Source of the DNA: Eubacteriales bacterium
Lineage (GTDB): Bacteria > Bacillota > Clostridia > Oscillospirales > CAG-272
Length of the DNA stretch: 64,000 nt
Reading direction: 5' to 3'
Assembly: GCA_045658565.1 (NCBI GenBank)
Contig: JAZOVF010000030.1
Span: forward strand, 208-64,207
Part shown: piece after piece, positions 36,606-45,981 of the stretch
Layout of the letters: every line of letters starts with the position of its first letter
How positions within the stretch are numbered: the first letter of the stretch is position 1
The notes under the pieces: model-generated
The model's input: the letters and a program-made list of their open reading frames with translations, nothing else
What the model was told of the DNA's origin: nothing
Databases searched by the model: none
Made by a program: the position numbers and the translations under genes

Positions 36606-38375
36606 GTGATAAGTAAAGAAACAATTGAGCAGGTACTTTTACGTAATGATATAGAGTCACTGATAGGCAGCTATGTCAATTTAAGACGTGCAGGTTCTAA
36701 TTTAAAGGGACTTTGTCCTTTTCATAGCGAAAAAACTCCCTCCTTTACTGTTTATCCTGCCGAAAACAGCTTTTATTGCTTTGGCTGCGGTGTTGGCGGT
36801 GATGCAATAACCTTTGTAAGAAAGCGTGAGAACCTTGATTACCCCGATGCCATTGAATTTCTTGCTAACAGAGCAGGTATAACCATTGTTCGTGATGAAT
36901 CTCTTGACAGATATTCGCAGGGGCCTAAGTTTGACAAGGCAAAAATGCTTAAGATGAATGTTGATGCAGCAAAGTTCTTTCATAATCAGCTGTTTTCCGA
37001 TTCACCCGAGGCAAAGAAGGCGCTTGAGTATTTTACAAATACTCGCGGACTGTCACTTGCAACAATAAAGCATTTCGGTCTTGGTTTTGCACCTAATAGC
37101 TTTGATGTTTTCTCAAAATATATGTTGTCACGCGGATATACATATGATGAGCTTGTAGCAGGATTTCTTTGCGGTAAGAGCGAGCGTGGAACATACTATG
37201 ATGCTTTCAGAAATAGGGTAATGTTTCCGATAATAGATGTTTCTGGCAATGTTATTGCCTTTGGCGGCCGAGTAATGGATGACTCAAAGCCGAAGTATAA
37301 AAACTCCTCGGATACTCCTGTTTTTAAAAAATCCCGCAACCTATTTGCGCTTAATTTTGCAAGACTTGCCTGCGAGGAAAGCTTGATTCTATGTGAGGGG
37401 TATATGGATGTTATAGCTCTTCATTCGGCCGGCTTCACCAATGCCGTTGCAACTCTTGGTACTGCAATAACGGCAGAGCAGGCAAGAATGATGAGCAGAT
37501 ATACCAAAAAGGTAATTATTTCATACGATGCCGACGAGGCAGGGCAAAAGGCAGCAATGCGCGCAATAAAAATGCTTGGTGATGTCGGTCTTGATGTAAC
37601 TATACTCAAGGTACCGGGGGCTAAAGACCCTGACGAGTATATTAAAGCAAACGGCGCAGATAAGTTTAAGCGTTTGCTTGAAAGCTCAAAATCCAAGTTT
37701 GACTATAATATGGAAAATATACTTTCAAAGTATGATATCAATGTTTCTGTAGATAAAATCAAGGCGACACACGAGCTTGTAAAGTTGATTTCCGAGACTT
37801 ATTCCTCGGCAGAGCGTGATATTTATATACAGGTTGTTTCCAAAAGCCTTCAGCTCGACCCTAAGAGTGTAAAGGCGGATGTTGACCGCGCTATTTCAAC
37901 AAGGCAGCGTGCAAGAAAAAAAGAAGAGTCTAACAAGGTTAAACAGGATGCAATAGGCTATTCCGATAGGGTAAACCAGGATTACATTAAAGCTCCTGCT
38001 GTTGCCAAAAACGAAGAGCATGTGCTTGGTCTTCTGTTCTACTATCCCGAATATAGAAAAAAGGTTTTTGATGAAGCTCTTCTTTGTGCGGATGATTTCT
38101 TTACAGACCTTAACCGCAGATTCTTTGTTTTCCTTGAAGAAAGGTACAAGGCTTCGGATGATTCTCTTTACGGTATGAATGAAGTGTTCACCGAGGAAGA
38201 GATTGGAAGAGCAATTAAGATGAAAACGCTTAGAATGCAGCTATCAAACAGCCCCGATATACTTTTGGATTCTATAAAAACACTTAAAGCAGGTGTTAAA
38301 AAGAAAAATTCCGAATCAGCAAATACCTATGAGGCTCTCAATGCGCTTATTAAAGATAAAAATGTGAGGAAGTAA
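36606..38375 (+). CDS. dnaG: DNA primase
   Basis: Zn finger CPFHSEKTPSFTVYPAENSFYCFGCG and TOPRIM EGYMDV. GTG start after GGAGGAG. Confidence 0.96.
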   Translation: MISKETIEQVLLRNDIESLIGSYVNLRRAGSNLKGLCPFHSEKTPSFTVYPAENSFYCFGCGVGGDAITFVRKRENLDYPDAIEFLANRAGITIVRDESLDRYSQGPKFDKAKMLKMNVDAAKFFHNQLFSDSPEAKKALEYFTNTRGLSLATIKHFGLGFAPNSFDVFSKYMLSRGYTYDELVAGFLCGKSERGTYYDAFRNRVMFPIIDVSGNVIAFGGRVMDDSKPKYKNSSDTPVFKKSRNLFALNFARLACEESLILCEGYMDVIALHSAGFTNAVATLGTAITAEQARMMSRYTKKVIISYDADEAGQKAAMRAIKMLGDVGLDVTILKVPGAKDPDEYIKANGADKFKRLLESSKSKFDYNMENILSKYDINVSVDKIKATHELVKLISETYSSAERDIYIQVVSKSLQLDPKSVKADVDRAISTRQRARKKEESNKVKQDAIGYSDRVNQDYIKAPAVAKNEEHVLGLLFYYPEYRKKVFDEALLCADDFFTDLNRRFFVFLEERYKASDDSLYGMNEVFTEEEIGRAIKMKTLRMQLSNSPDILLDSIKTLKAGVKKKNSESANTYEALNALIKDKNVRK

Positions 38376-38378
38376 AAA

Positions 38379-39443
38379 ATGAGACGTGACAAAATTGATG
38401 TAAATGAGTTTATTGATTCAAAAAACGACGGTATCGTTAATTCCGATATCATGAAGGCACTTGAGGACATTGACTATGATATTGTTCAGGCCGATCTTGA
38501 TTCTGCAACTCCCGATGATATTGAAAACGAGGATTTTAAAGAGATAGAGCAGGATGCAAGAGCCTTTGACTCGGCCGAAAACATTGAGAGGCTCTTCTCC
38601 CAGGAGGGTCTTGCTATTGACGACCCTGTACGTATGTATCTCAAGGAAATAGGTAAAATTCCGCTTCTTACCGCAGAACGTGAAACCTATCTTGCTGAGC
38701 AGATAGCTGTTGGTAACAAGGCTGCAAAGGACGAGCTTATTGAGGCCAACCTTCGTCTTGTTGTAAGTATTGCCAAGCGTCATGTGGGTAAGGGAATGTA
38801 TTTCCTTGATCTTATTCAGGAGGGTAACCTCGGACTTATTAAGGCGGTTGAGAAATTCGATTATCAGAAGGGATATAAGTTTTCTACCTATGCTACATGG
38901 TGGATTCGTCAGGCTATAACCCGCGCTATTGCCGATCAGGCCAGAACAATTCGTATACCTGTTCATATGGTTGAAACTATCCACAAGGTTTCAAGAAAGG
39001 CAAGAGAGCTTCTTCAGGAATTCGGCCGTGAGCCTACCACCGACGAGATCGCCAGAGCACTTGATATGACTCCCGAAAAGGTAAGAGAAATCATGAAGAT
39101 AGCTCAGGACCCTGTTTCGCTTGAAACTCCCATAGGCGAGGAGGAGGATAGCCACCTTGGTGATTTTGTTGAGGATAATGATTCGCCGGCACCCTCTGAC
39201 AGCGCATCCTACTCTCTGCTGAGAGAGCAACTTTGCAACATTCTTCATACACTTACTCCCAGAGAAGAGCAGGTTATTAAACTTCGTTTCGGACTCGAGG
39301 ACGGAAGACCGAGAACTCTCGAGGAGGTCGGAAAGAAGTTTGAAATTACCAGAGAGCGTATCAGACAGATAGAGGCGAAGGCTCTTCGTAAGCTCAGACA
39401 TCCCTCACGCTCGAAAACTTTAAAGGATTATTTGTCGAATTAA
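38379..39443 (+). CDS. rpoD: Primary RNA polymerase sigma factor RpoD/SigA
   Basis: Regions 1.2-4.2: [70 protein letters not shown]. Confidence 0.97.
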   Translation: MRRDKIDVNEFIDSKNDGIVNSDIMKALEDIDYDIVQADLDSATPDDIENEDFKEIEQDARAFDSAENIERLFSQEGLAIDDPVRMYLKEIGKIPLLTAERETYLAEQIAVGNKAAKDELIEANLRLVVSIAKRHVGKGMYFLDLIQEGNLGLIKAVEKFDYQKGYKFSTYATWWIRQAITRAIADQARTIRIPVHMVETIHKVSRKARELLQEFGREPTTDEIARALDMTPEKVREIMKIAQDPVSLETPIGEEEDSHLGDFVEDNDSPAPSDSASYSLLREQLCNILHTLTPREEQVIKLRFGLEDGRPRTLEEVGKKFEITRERIRQIEAKALRKLRHPSRSKTLKDYLSN

Positions 39444-39529
39444 AAATAATTTTGCACAAAATATTGCTTTGCTTTTTGTATACTTTTTGAGTTGTGATTA
39501 AGATATTTTTGTGATATTGTAAAAATCCC

Positions 39530-39558
39530 TTGACATTAAATTATTTATATTGTAAAAT
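39530..39558 (+). promoter_or_regulatory. Candidate sigma-A promoter: TTGACA-17-TAAAAT upstream of the lipoprotein gene
   Basis: Read directly: TTGACA 39530-39535, TAAAAT 39553-39558. Confidence 0.45.
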
Positions 39559-39598
39559 AATATGAGGAAATACTTTGTTCCCGCGGAGGTTTTGTTTT

Positions 39599-40774
39599 AT
39601 GAGTAAAAGAAAGATTTTTGCATTGATTCTCTGCATTGTTTGCTTTGCAACATTGCTTGTTAGCTGCACAGAGGACGATGATAACCAATTTTGGCTTGAT
39701 AAATATAAGGAGATGAACAAGGGACAGCCCCAGGTTATTGAGACTGTCGACATCGACTTTTACATAATAAAGGGTGAGGGTATGTCCGAGGATGTCAGCA
39801 TTACAAAGGCTGTTCAGGATAAAATAAACCAGTCGCTCAATTCTAAATACCACACTAATATCAATATTAAGTATATCAGCGAGTCTGACTATGCTGCAAC
39901 TGTTAACGGCTTTACCGAAGAAACATCCGGAATTGTTCTTATCAATTCCGAGGATACTATGGATGTTCTCAGCGGAAAACTTGTTGACCTTTATCCCTAT
40001 ATTCTTAGTGATAAGTATAAGGCTGAGGGCTTTGGTCAGCTTAATAAACAGATTTCATCAACTCTTATGAACGCAGCCATTGTTGAAGAGCGCGGTGTAG
40101 ATAAGCTTTTCTGCGTTCCAAACAATCATATTGTTGGTAGCTATGAGCTTATTGTTATTGATAAAGAGCTTGCGTTTGAAGCTAATTATCCTTATTCCGA
40201 AACCGAGTTTAAGGCCTTGAATACATGGGAAGCTACTGAGGCGCTCAGAATTAAGGCAGGTCTTGTCGGTGATGAATTCAGCAATGTTGATTACAAGGAT
40301 TACAACCCCGAGTCCGGTGCTGTTGTTACAAGAATCGTAAATGCTCCCTACGAGGCAATCTCTGCAATTGCTGGGCATGGATTTATAGTTAATGTTTCTA
40401 AGTATCCCGATGCAGATGAAGCTGAGGTTTATTCTTCTGCCTTTGCTGTTCTCAATGCTGCTCCTAAGGTGTATGCGGCCGACAACACAACTGTAGAGAA
40501 GGTTGTTGACCTTGATTTATACAAGATTCGTGCAATGCAGGTTATTTATGCAATCAATACTGATGCAAATATCAGAAATCTTTTGCTGTACGGAGTTGAG
40601 AACATCAACTATTCCATTGATTCAATAACTCAAACCGTTGTTCCTAACAACGAGAAGCCCTATGACATGAAGCTCGAATATACAGGCGATGTATTTAAGG
40701 CTTATCATTCTGCTAAATGGACTAAGGAAGATTATAACAACGGACTTCTTCAAAACAAGGATTCTGAAAAATAA
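39599..40774 (+). CDS. Hypothetical lipoprotein, possibly with a solute-binding-protein-like fold
   Basis: Signal peptide with the lipobox LLVSC (MSKRKIFALILCIVCFATLLVSCTEDDD). GGAGG RBS. I recognise no catalytic motif. Confidence 0.6.
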   Translation: MSKRKIFALILCIVCFATLLVSCTEDDDNQFWLDKYKEMNKGQPQVIETVDIDFYIIKGEGMSEDVSITKAVQDKINQSLNSKYHTNINIKYISESDYAATVNGFTEETSGIVLINSEDTMDVLSGKLVDLYPYILSDKYKAEGFGQLNKQISSTLMNAAIVEERGVDKLFCVPNNHIVGSYELIVIDKELAFEANYPYSETEFKALNTWEATEALRIKAGLVGDEFSNVDYKDYNPESGAVVTRIVNAPYEAISAIAGHGFIVNVSKYPDADEAEVYSSAFAVLNAAPKVYAADNTTVEKVVDLDLYKIRAMQVIYAINTDANIRNLLLYGVENINYSIDSITQTVVPNNEKPYDMKLEYTGDVFKAYHSAKWTKEDYNNGLLQNKDSEK

Positions 40775-40836
40775 TTTTTAGAGAGTTTTCGCTTTTGTGA
40801 AGACTCTCTCTTGCCTAAATAATACGGAGATAAATA

Positions 40837-41559
40837 ATGAAAAAACAAAACGGTGAAATCACAATAAAAGATTTAATCAACATTTTTGTTCCCAAGCTTT
40901 GGTTCATTCTTTTGGTTGCTGTTGTGTGCTCTGTTCTACTTGGTACACTTACATCAATAAAGAAGGATACATATACATCTACCTGCACACTTTCTATGGG
41001 AAAAACGCCTCTTGATAATGCCGGCTCAAGCAATACCGGTATCAATTCTGCAGAGATCGAGGCTATGCGTAATATGATAGAAAGCTCGGTTTACATACTT
41101 CAGAGTGCCAGTTTTTGCGAGGGTGTTTATGAACAGCTTAATGTTCAGTATGATGAGTATGCTGATGTTAAGGTTTCCGATATTCAGAAAATGCTGTCTG
41201 TAACACTGCTTGGCGATGCAACATTCTTCTCTATTCACGCAAAGAGCGGCGACCCTAAGCTGTCGCAGGCTGTTGCAGGAATCGTTTATACCGAGTTCCC
41301 CAAAGCATACATGGAGAGATTCGATTATGCTATCAGAATTACAGGAAATCTTAATTATCCTGAAATTCCGTCGACTCCCGATGATAAAAATGTTGCCAGA
41401 AATGCTGTTATCGGCTTTGTTGGCGGCGCGCTTGTTTCCGCACTTTTGGTATTCCTTATCGTTAAGTTTGACGTAATTATCAGAAGCAGAGAAAAGATTG
41501 AAGAGAATTTTACTCTTCCTGTTCTTGGAGTTATTCCCAGGCTAGATCCTGACGATTAA
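40837..41559 (+). CDS. Wzz/CpsC-type polysaccharide co-polymerase, the transmembrane modulator of a BY-kinase
   Basis: An N-terminal and a C-terminal TM helix flank an extracytoplasmic domain. The size (240 aa) and position immediately upstream of the kinase fit. Confidence 0.75.
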   Translation: MKKQNGEITIKDLINIFVPKLWFILLVAVVCSVLLGTLTSIKKDTYTSTCTLSMGKTPLDNAGSSNTGINSAEIEAMRNMIESSVYILQSASFCEGVYEQLNVQYDEYADVKVSDIQKMLSVTLLGDATFFSIHAKSGDPKLSQAVAGIVYTEFPKAYMERFDYAIRITGNLNYPEIPSTPDDKNVARNAVIGFVGGALVSALLVFLIVKFDVIIRSREKIEENFTLPVLGVIPRLDPDD

Positions 41560-41581
41560 CAATTTATGGAAAGGATTAACT

Positions 41582-42337
41582 ATGAATAGTAAATTGTTTT
41601 CTAAGGTGAAAAAAATAAAGAATACTGTTAAGCCGGAAGGATTCACTATTATTGATGATTCCACTCCTTTTGCAATACGCGAGGCTTACAAGTCCTTATA
41701 TACAAACATCCTTTATCTTAATACACCTGATAAATGCAAAAAAATCGCAATAACAAGCGCCGTGCCCGGTGAGGGAAAGACAACAGTTGCAACCAATCTT
41801 GCTATAACCATTGCCGCAAACTCCGAGAACAAGAAGGTTCTTCTTATTGATACAGATATGAGGCAACCTAAGGTTACAAGACTTTTGTCGCTGGATATTA
41901 GGGGCAGGGGTCTTAGCGAATATCTTGCGGGTATAGATGAAAAGCCTTATCTCAATTATATTCCAAAGCTTAATGTTACAGTTCTTACCTCCGGCGGTCC
42001 GAATGCTAACCCCTCAATGCTTGTTGGCTCTTCTAAAATGGTAGAGCTGATTAAACTTTGTGAACAGCAGTTTGATTATATCATTTTTGATACTCCGCCT
42101 GTGAATGTTGTAACAGATGCTTTGCTTCTTAACGAGGTAGTAAACGGTTATATCGTTTCCACTATGTCAGATTATACCAATGTTAACCACGTTTCTGAGT
42201 GTGTTGAATCTCTTGAGCGTATAGGCGCAGAGGTGTACGGAATTGTTCTCTCCTCTCTTAAAATTAAAGCAGGCTCATCAGGTTATTCAAAATATAATTC
42301 AAAATACAGCAAATACGCAAAATATAAATATAAATAA
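41582..42337 (+). CDS. CpsD/CapB-family bacterial tyrosine (BY) kinase
   Basis: Walker A SAVPGEGKTT, Walker A' LLIDTDMRQP, Walker B IIFDTPP, and the C-terminal tyrosine cluster GYSKYNSKYSKYAKYKYK. Confidence 0.88.
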   Translation: MNSKLFSKVKKIKNTVKPEGFTIIDDSTPFAIREAYKSLYTNILYLNTPDKCKKIAITSAVPGEGKTTVATNLAITIAANSENKKVLLIDTDMRQPKVTRLLSLDIRGRGLSEYLAGIDEKPYLNYIPKLNVTVLTSGGPNANPSMLVGSSKMVELIKLCEQQFDYIIFDTPPVNVVTDALLLNEVVNGYIVSTMSDYTNVNHVSECVESLERIGAEVYGIVLSSLKIKAGSSGYSKYNSKYSKYAKYKYK

Positions 42338-42340
42338 AAC

Positions 42341-42383
42341 AAAGGTATGCTTTATTAGTGACAACGTAATAAAGCATACCTTT
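42341..42383. terminator. Bidirectional terminator (17-bp perfect stem) between the BY-kinase gene and spoVT
   Basis: AAAGGTATGCTTTATTA-N9-TAATAAAGCATACCTTT followed by TTG. Confidence 0.8.
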
Positions 42384-42388
42384 TGCGT

Positions 42389-42943
42389 TTAGCTCTCCAT
42401 TTGTTTTCCGAGAAACATACCGGCGGTCTGAATCAGCTTTGATTCTATTTCATCGGAAATTTTGCCATTCGTGGGCAGATTGTATTGCCATGCTGAAACC
42501 ACACAGCCGACTATATCGCCCTCGCTAAGTATTGGCATAGCGCAGTTGACATAGTGCGTTCCACCGTCGTTTATGACTGCGATCGGGTCCTTTCTTTCGC
42601 CTCTGACATATAGTGAGCGTGACTCAACAATTTCCTCCAGCTCTCTGGAAATCTTTCTGTCAAGATATTCGCGTTTTGATGCGCCCGATACTGCAATTAC
42701 TGCATCTCTGTCACAAATAAATATGGGAGAAGAGGATGTTTTTTGAAGTGCATCTGCATACTCGTTTGCAAAGCTTTGAATTTCACCTATGGGAGAGTAT
42801 TTTTTAAATATAACCTCTCCGTCACGGTCTGTGTATATTTCAAGAGGATCTCCCTCTTTTATTCTCATAGTTCGCCTGATTTCTTTGGGAATAACAACAC
42901 GCCCAAGATCGTCAATACGACGTACGATACCTGTTGCTTTCAT
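42389..42943 (-). CDS. spoVT: Stage V sporulation protein T (AbrB-type regulator)
   Basis: MKATGIVRRIDDLGRVVIPKEIRRTMRIKEGDPLEIYTDRDGEVIFKKYSP, a swapped-hairpin AbrB domain, plus a GAF-like C-terminus. AAGGAG RBS. Confidence 0.93.
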   Translation of the reverse strand: MKATGIVRRIDDLGRVVIPKEIRRTMRIKEGDPLEIYTDRDGEVIFKKYSPIGEIQSFANEYADALQKTSSSPIFICDRDAVIAVSGASKREYLDRKISRELEEIVESRSLYVRGERKDPIAVINDGGTHYVNCAMPILSEGDIVGCVVSAWQYNLPTNGKISDEIESKLIQTAGMFLGKQMES

Positions 42944-42978
42944 ATATATATAGCTCCTTGAATTTTTGTTTACGTAGT

Positions 42979-43008
42979 TAGTATCTGTAAAACAAGGAGA
43001 ATTATTCA
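42979..43008 (-). promoter_or_regulatory. Forespore-type (sigma-G/F-like) promoter of spoVT
   Basis: The minus strand reads TGAATA-17 nt-gATACTA, against the B. subtilis sigma-G consensus of roughly GAATA-N17/18-CATACTA. Confidence 0.4.
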
Positions 43009-43031
43009 AAAATATGCCCGGCGAGACAAAC

Positions 43032-43062
43032 AAAGCGGAGCTGATATAATCTGCTCCGCTTT
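43032..43062 (-). terminator. Terminator after the DUF3048-like gene
   Basis: AAAGCGGAGC / GCTCCGCTTT stem. The minus strand continues GTTTGTCT. Confidence 0.55.
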
Positions 43063-43066
43063 ATTG

Positions 43067-44176
43067 CTATGAAATTTTAATTTCAGATGATTTAGAGGAT
43101 TTAATGAAGCCGATATAAGAGCTTCCTCTATTTATTGTCAGCTTTTCACCGTCGTTGTCATACATTGTCATATTTCCATCGGAATCTGTTACCCAGGTTA
43201 TTGCTGTACTATATCCTTCGGTGACATAGTATCCGTTGCCAGAGCCTACGGTTTTCATTACCAGCTCGGTTGAATTTTGAGCCTCATATGTCACTGTATC
43301 GACAAATAAAATAAACAGATTTTTAAACGTTGTTTTTTTGTCGTTTAATATATCATTTTTTGCAGATCCGTTTTTATTTAATGTGTAACATTTTTCGGTG
43401 CTTTGATAATACAACTCGGTCTCTGAGCGGTCAGTATATGGAAGAATTACTGTTTTTGCGGTAGATGTTCCGAGTGTTACTGTTTCACCGAAGTCAGCAA
43501 AAACGTAAGGAATATTCGCTTCCTTTTCTGCCGTTGTATTTATGTTGGTGTTAAATATGCCTGCGCTGATTAAATCACCGTTTGTATAAGTGAATTTTGT
43601 GTATTCTGTGTAATAATACCCTGAGCGCTCGGATAAATCAAACGCCGAGCCTCTTGTATCACAGGATTCGGATATCGCAGCTCCGTCATTTCCGTTAAAA
43701 ACGATTATTGACGAAAAGAAGCGTCCAACATTTGATATATATGCTCTTGTAGGAGCAATAGAGCCGATTTTGCTAAGTTTTTCGGGGGTGTTTGTGAATG
43801 CCAATAGACGCGTGCTGTCGTTTTCGGTAGGGAATTCTGCTATCATATCACAGAATGATATTCCGTAAAGCGGAGAGTCGGTATCAAGCACGAACGCAAA
43901 ATGACGTTTTCTGGCAGCATCCTCGGTAATTTCAAGTCCGGTTATGCTGTTTGTAAATTCGGGAGTAAGAATTACAGGCTTATCCGGGGTGTCTGTTTCC
44001 ATAGACGGAGCATCTGTTTCATCCTCTTTAGGTTTGTCAGAGCCGTTTAGTTTGTTGGTTTCCTCGGAATCCTGCCACCAACCCTCGGTTGCAAATCCAA
44101 ACCCAACTATCAATAAAACTGCAACAAGAAAGAAGGCAATCAGCTTTGCATAATTGCCGTATCTTGCTTTATTCAT
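43067..44176 (-). CDS. DUF3048-family (YerB-like) secreted or membrane-anchored protein
   Basis: N-terminal TM anchor and an acidic linker, then NSITGLE...FAFVLD......DMIAEFPTE...TRLLAF...IGSIAPTR, resembling the DUF3048 core. GGAGG RBS. Confidence 0.5.
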   Translation of the reverse strand: MNKARYGNYAKLIAFFLVAVLLIVGFGFATEGWWQDSEETNKLNGSDKPKEDETDAPSMETDTPDKPVILTPEFTNSITGLEITEDAARKRHFAFVLDTDSPLYGISFCDMIAEFPTENDSTRLLAFTNTPEKLSKIGSIAPTRAYISNVGRFFSSIIVFNGNDGAAISESCDTRGSAFDLSERSGYYYTEYTKFTYTNGDLISAGIFNTNINTTAEKEANIPYVFADFGETVTLGTSTAKTVILPYTDRSETELYYQSTEKCYTLNKNGSAKNDILNDKKTTFKNLFILFVDTVTYEAQNSTELVMKTVGSGNGYYVTEGYSTAITWVTDSDGNMTMYDNDGEKLTINRGSSYIGFIKSSKSSEIKIS

Positions 44177-44218
44177 TTTTTTACCTCCTTGCGTACCTCG
44201 TACGCACGTTATCGGACG

Positions 44219-44512
44219 TTATTCCTTATCGTTATAACGTAACCAAGCTTCAGCAAATTCAAAAGCCTCGGCGAGTCCGTTGGTTATTTTCTGCTTTTCG
44301 GGCTTTTTTGTCTTGCTGTCAAGAAGCTGAACCATAATAGTTCCGGGTACTTCCTTATCACCCTTAGGGGATTTTTTGTCCGACATAATCATCATGTAAA
44401 CGTAATATTTATCTGACAGATCGCCGTAGAAAATATCATCGCCCTGACGTACGAGGGGTTTTCCTTTGTATTCAATAAACTCTTCGTTTGTAACGCCTTC
44501 TGCGTTTAACAT
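44219..44512 (-). CDS. Hypothetical small protein (97 aa)
   Basis: ATG at 44512 preceded by AAAGGAG. No recognisable domain. Confidence 0.45.
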   Translation of the reverse strand: MLNAEGVTNEEFIEYKGKPLVRQGDDIFYGDLSDKYYVYMMIMSDKKSPKGDKEVPGTIMVQLLDSKTKKPEKQKITNGLAEAFEFAEAWLRYNDKE

Positions 44513-44646
44513 ATTAAAGACTCCTTTCGGTTTATTTGAAAATGACGGCTTGTCCTTTGTCCATTTCACCTATATAATAACAGACATTTTTAGGTATGTA
44601 AATACCTTCGACAAAAGCAGACAGAATAAAGATTTCGCATAAAAAT

Positions 44647-45858
44647 CTAATCTTTTACATAAGGCGTAAAGGTTAGAGAAAATCCTGCAGAAATCGGCTT
44701 TTTGCGTGCTAGATCGTACACCGCATCGGCCCTGTTTGTTTTTTTCTTTTGGTATATCACCCCAGAGTCTGCGTCCTTATAGGAGGAGGGCTTTGTAAAG
44801 ACGGGAATGCCGCTCACTTTCTTCGCCTTTTTCAGTAATGACCTGCCATTTTTATTCATTGCCAGAACCTGAGTAAATGCAGGAAGCTCCTTTACATCGG
44901 AGGAGGTAACGCCGAAGTAGGAATTCCAAATAGCTCTTCTGATTCTTGCTTTGGTGTATTTTTTTGTTTCGGTCATTGATAATAAAGCGGAAATTGTTGT
45001 TGCTGTCATGCTCATCTGGCATAGACGGTTATATAAACCACCGTCAGCTTCGTGAATATTTACAGATGCTTTAGGTGAATTTAATCTGAAATAAGAAATT
45101 ACTGCCGAGTCGAGAAGCCTTTCATCGGTTGGCGCATAACCATTCTCAATCTCGTCCAAAAATACATTTTTTGCATTTTCGGGTATATAATCGAGAGCAG
45201 ATGTGTTTTCTTTCTTGACAAGCTCTCTGATTGCACCTGCACTTTGAATAAATTCGTCGCTAACGAATGAGTCATTGTATCCTGCGCCGAAACGCTTTAT
45301 TGTAACGGGAATAATCGTTGATGAAAATTCTTTTAAAGCCTTGATGTATTCAATTGCAAGTATGTTGTTGGGTGAAAAAATATCGGCGGGAAGCCTTTTT
45401 TTGTAAAGCTCTCGATAAACTGCTTCAACAAGGGAAGCGTGTCCAAGCTCGGAAAACTCTTTATCCTTAGCAATCAAGGTGTTGCGAAACTCATTAGAGG
45501 ACATATTTTCCGCAACTTCGCTAAGAAGCTCGATATCTCCCGACTCACTTCCGAAAACGAGATAATCAACAATTCCAAGCTCACTTGCAATCTTAACACC
45601 GCTTCGTGCAAAATACTCAGCGCTAGACATAGAAAACGGGAAGGGAAGCTCCAGAACAAGATCAACACCGCAAAGACATGCAGCCTTAGCTCTTGCGGTT
45701 TTGTCTGCAAACGCCAGCTCGCCTCTCTGGGTAAAGTTGCCGCTCATTATTGCTATTATTGCTGTATCCTCGCCAAGCAGACGTCTTGTTTCGGCTATCT
45801 GGTAAGCATGACCGTTATGGAAGGGATTATATTCTGTTATAATTGCCGCAACCTTCAT
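44647..45858 (-). CDS. tmcAL: tRNA(Met) cytidine acetate ligase (YlbM/UPF0348 nucleotidyltransferase)
   Basis: MKVAAIITEYNPFHNGHAYQI HxGH-type N-terminus; 403 aa. Confidence 0.85.
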   Translation of the reverse strand: MKVAAIITEYNPFHNGHAYQIAETRRLLGEDTAIIAIMSGNFTQRGELAFADKTARAKAACLCGVDLVLELPFPFSMSSAEYFARSGVKIASELGIVDYLVFGSESGDIELLSEVAENMSSNEFRNTLIAKDKEFSELGHASLVEAVYRELYKKRLPADIFSPNNILAIEYIKALKEFSSTIIPVTIKRFGAGYNDSFVSDEFIQSAGAIRELVKKENTSALDYIPENAKNVFLDEIENGYAPTDERLLDSAVISYFRLNSPKASVNIHEADGGLYNRLCQMSMTATTISALLSMTETKKYTKARIRRAIWNSYFGVTSSDVKELPAFTQVLAMNKNGRSLLKKAKKVSGIPVFTKPSSYKDADSGVIYQKKKTNRADAVYDLARKKPISAGFSLTFTPYVKD

Positions 45859-45898
45859 GGCCTATGCCTCCGTTTTTATTTTAATTTGGAAAATAGTA

Positions 45899-45927
45899 TT
45901 GATATATTTTTTTATTTGTTGTATAAT
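45899..45927 (+). promoter_or_regulatory. Sigma-A promoter of ackA: TTGATA-17-TATAAT
   Basis: Read directly: TTGATA 45899-45904, TATAAT 45922-45927. Confidence 0.55.
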
Positions 45928-45981
45928 AGTTGTGTTTAAAAAAAGGTTTGCGCTTTTGCGCCAAGAAAGGATTAACTGAAA

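Noticed and set aside
45928-45981. A CcpA cre site upstream of ackA, as known in B. subtilis.
   Set aside because: No sequence close to TGWAANCGNTNWCA is visible, only a short GCGC hairpin.
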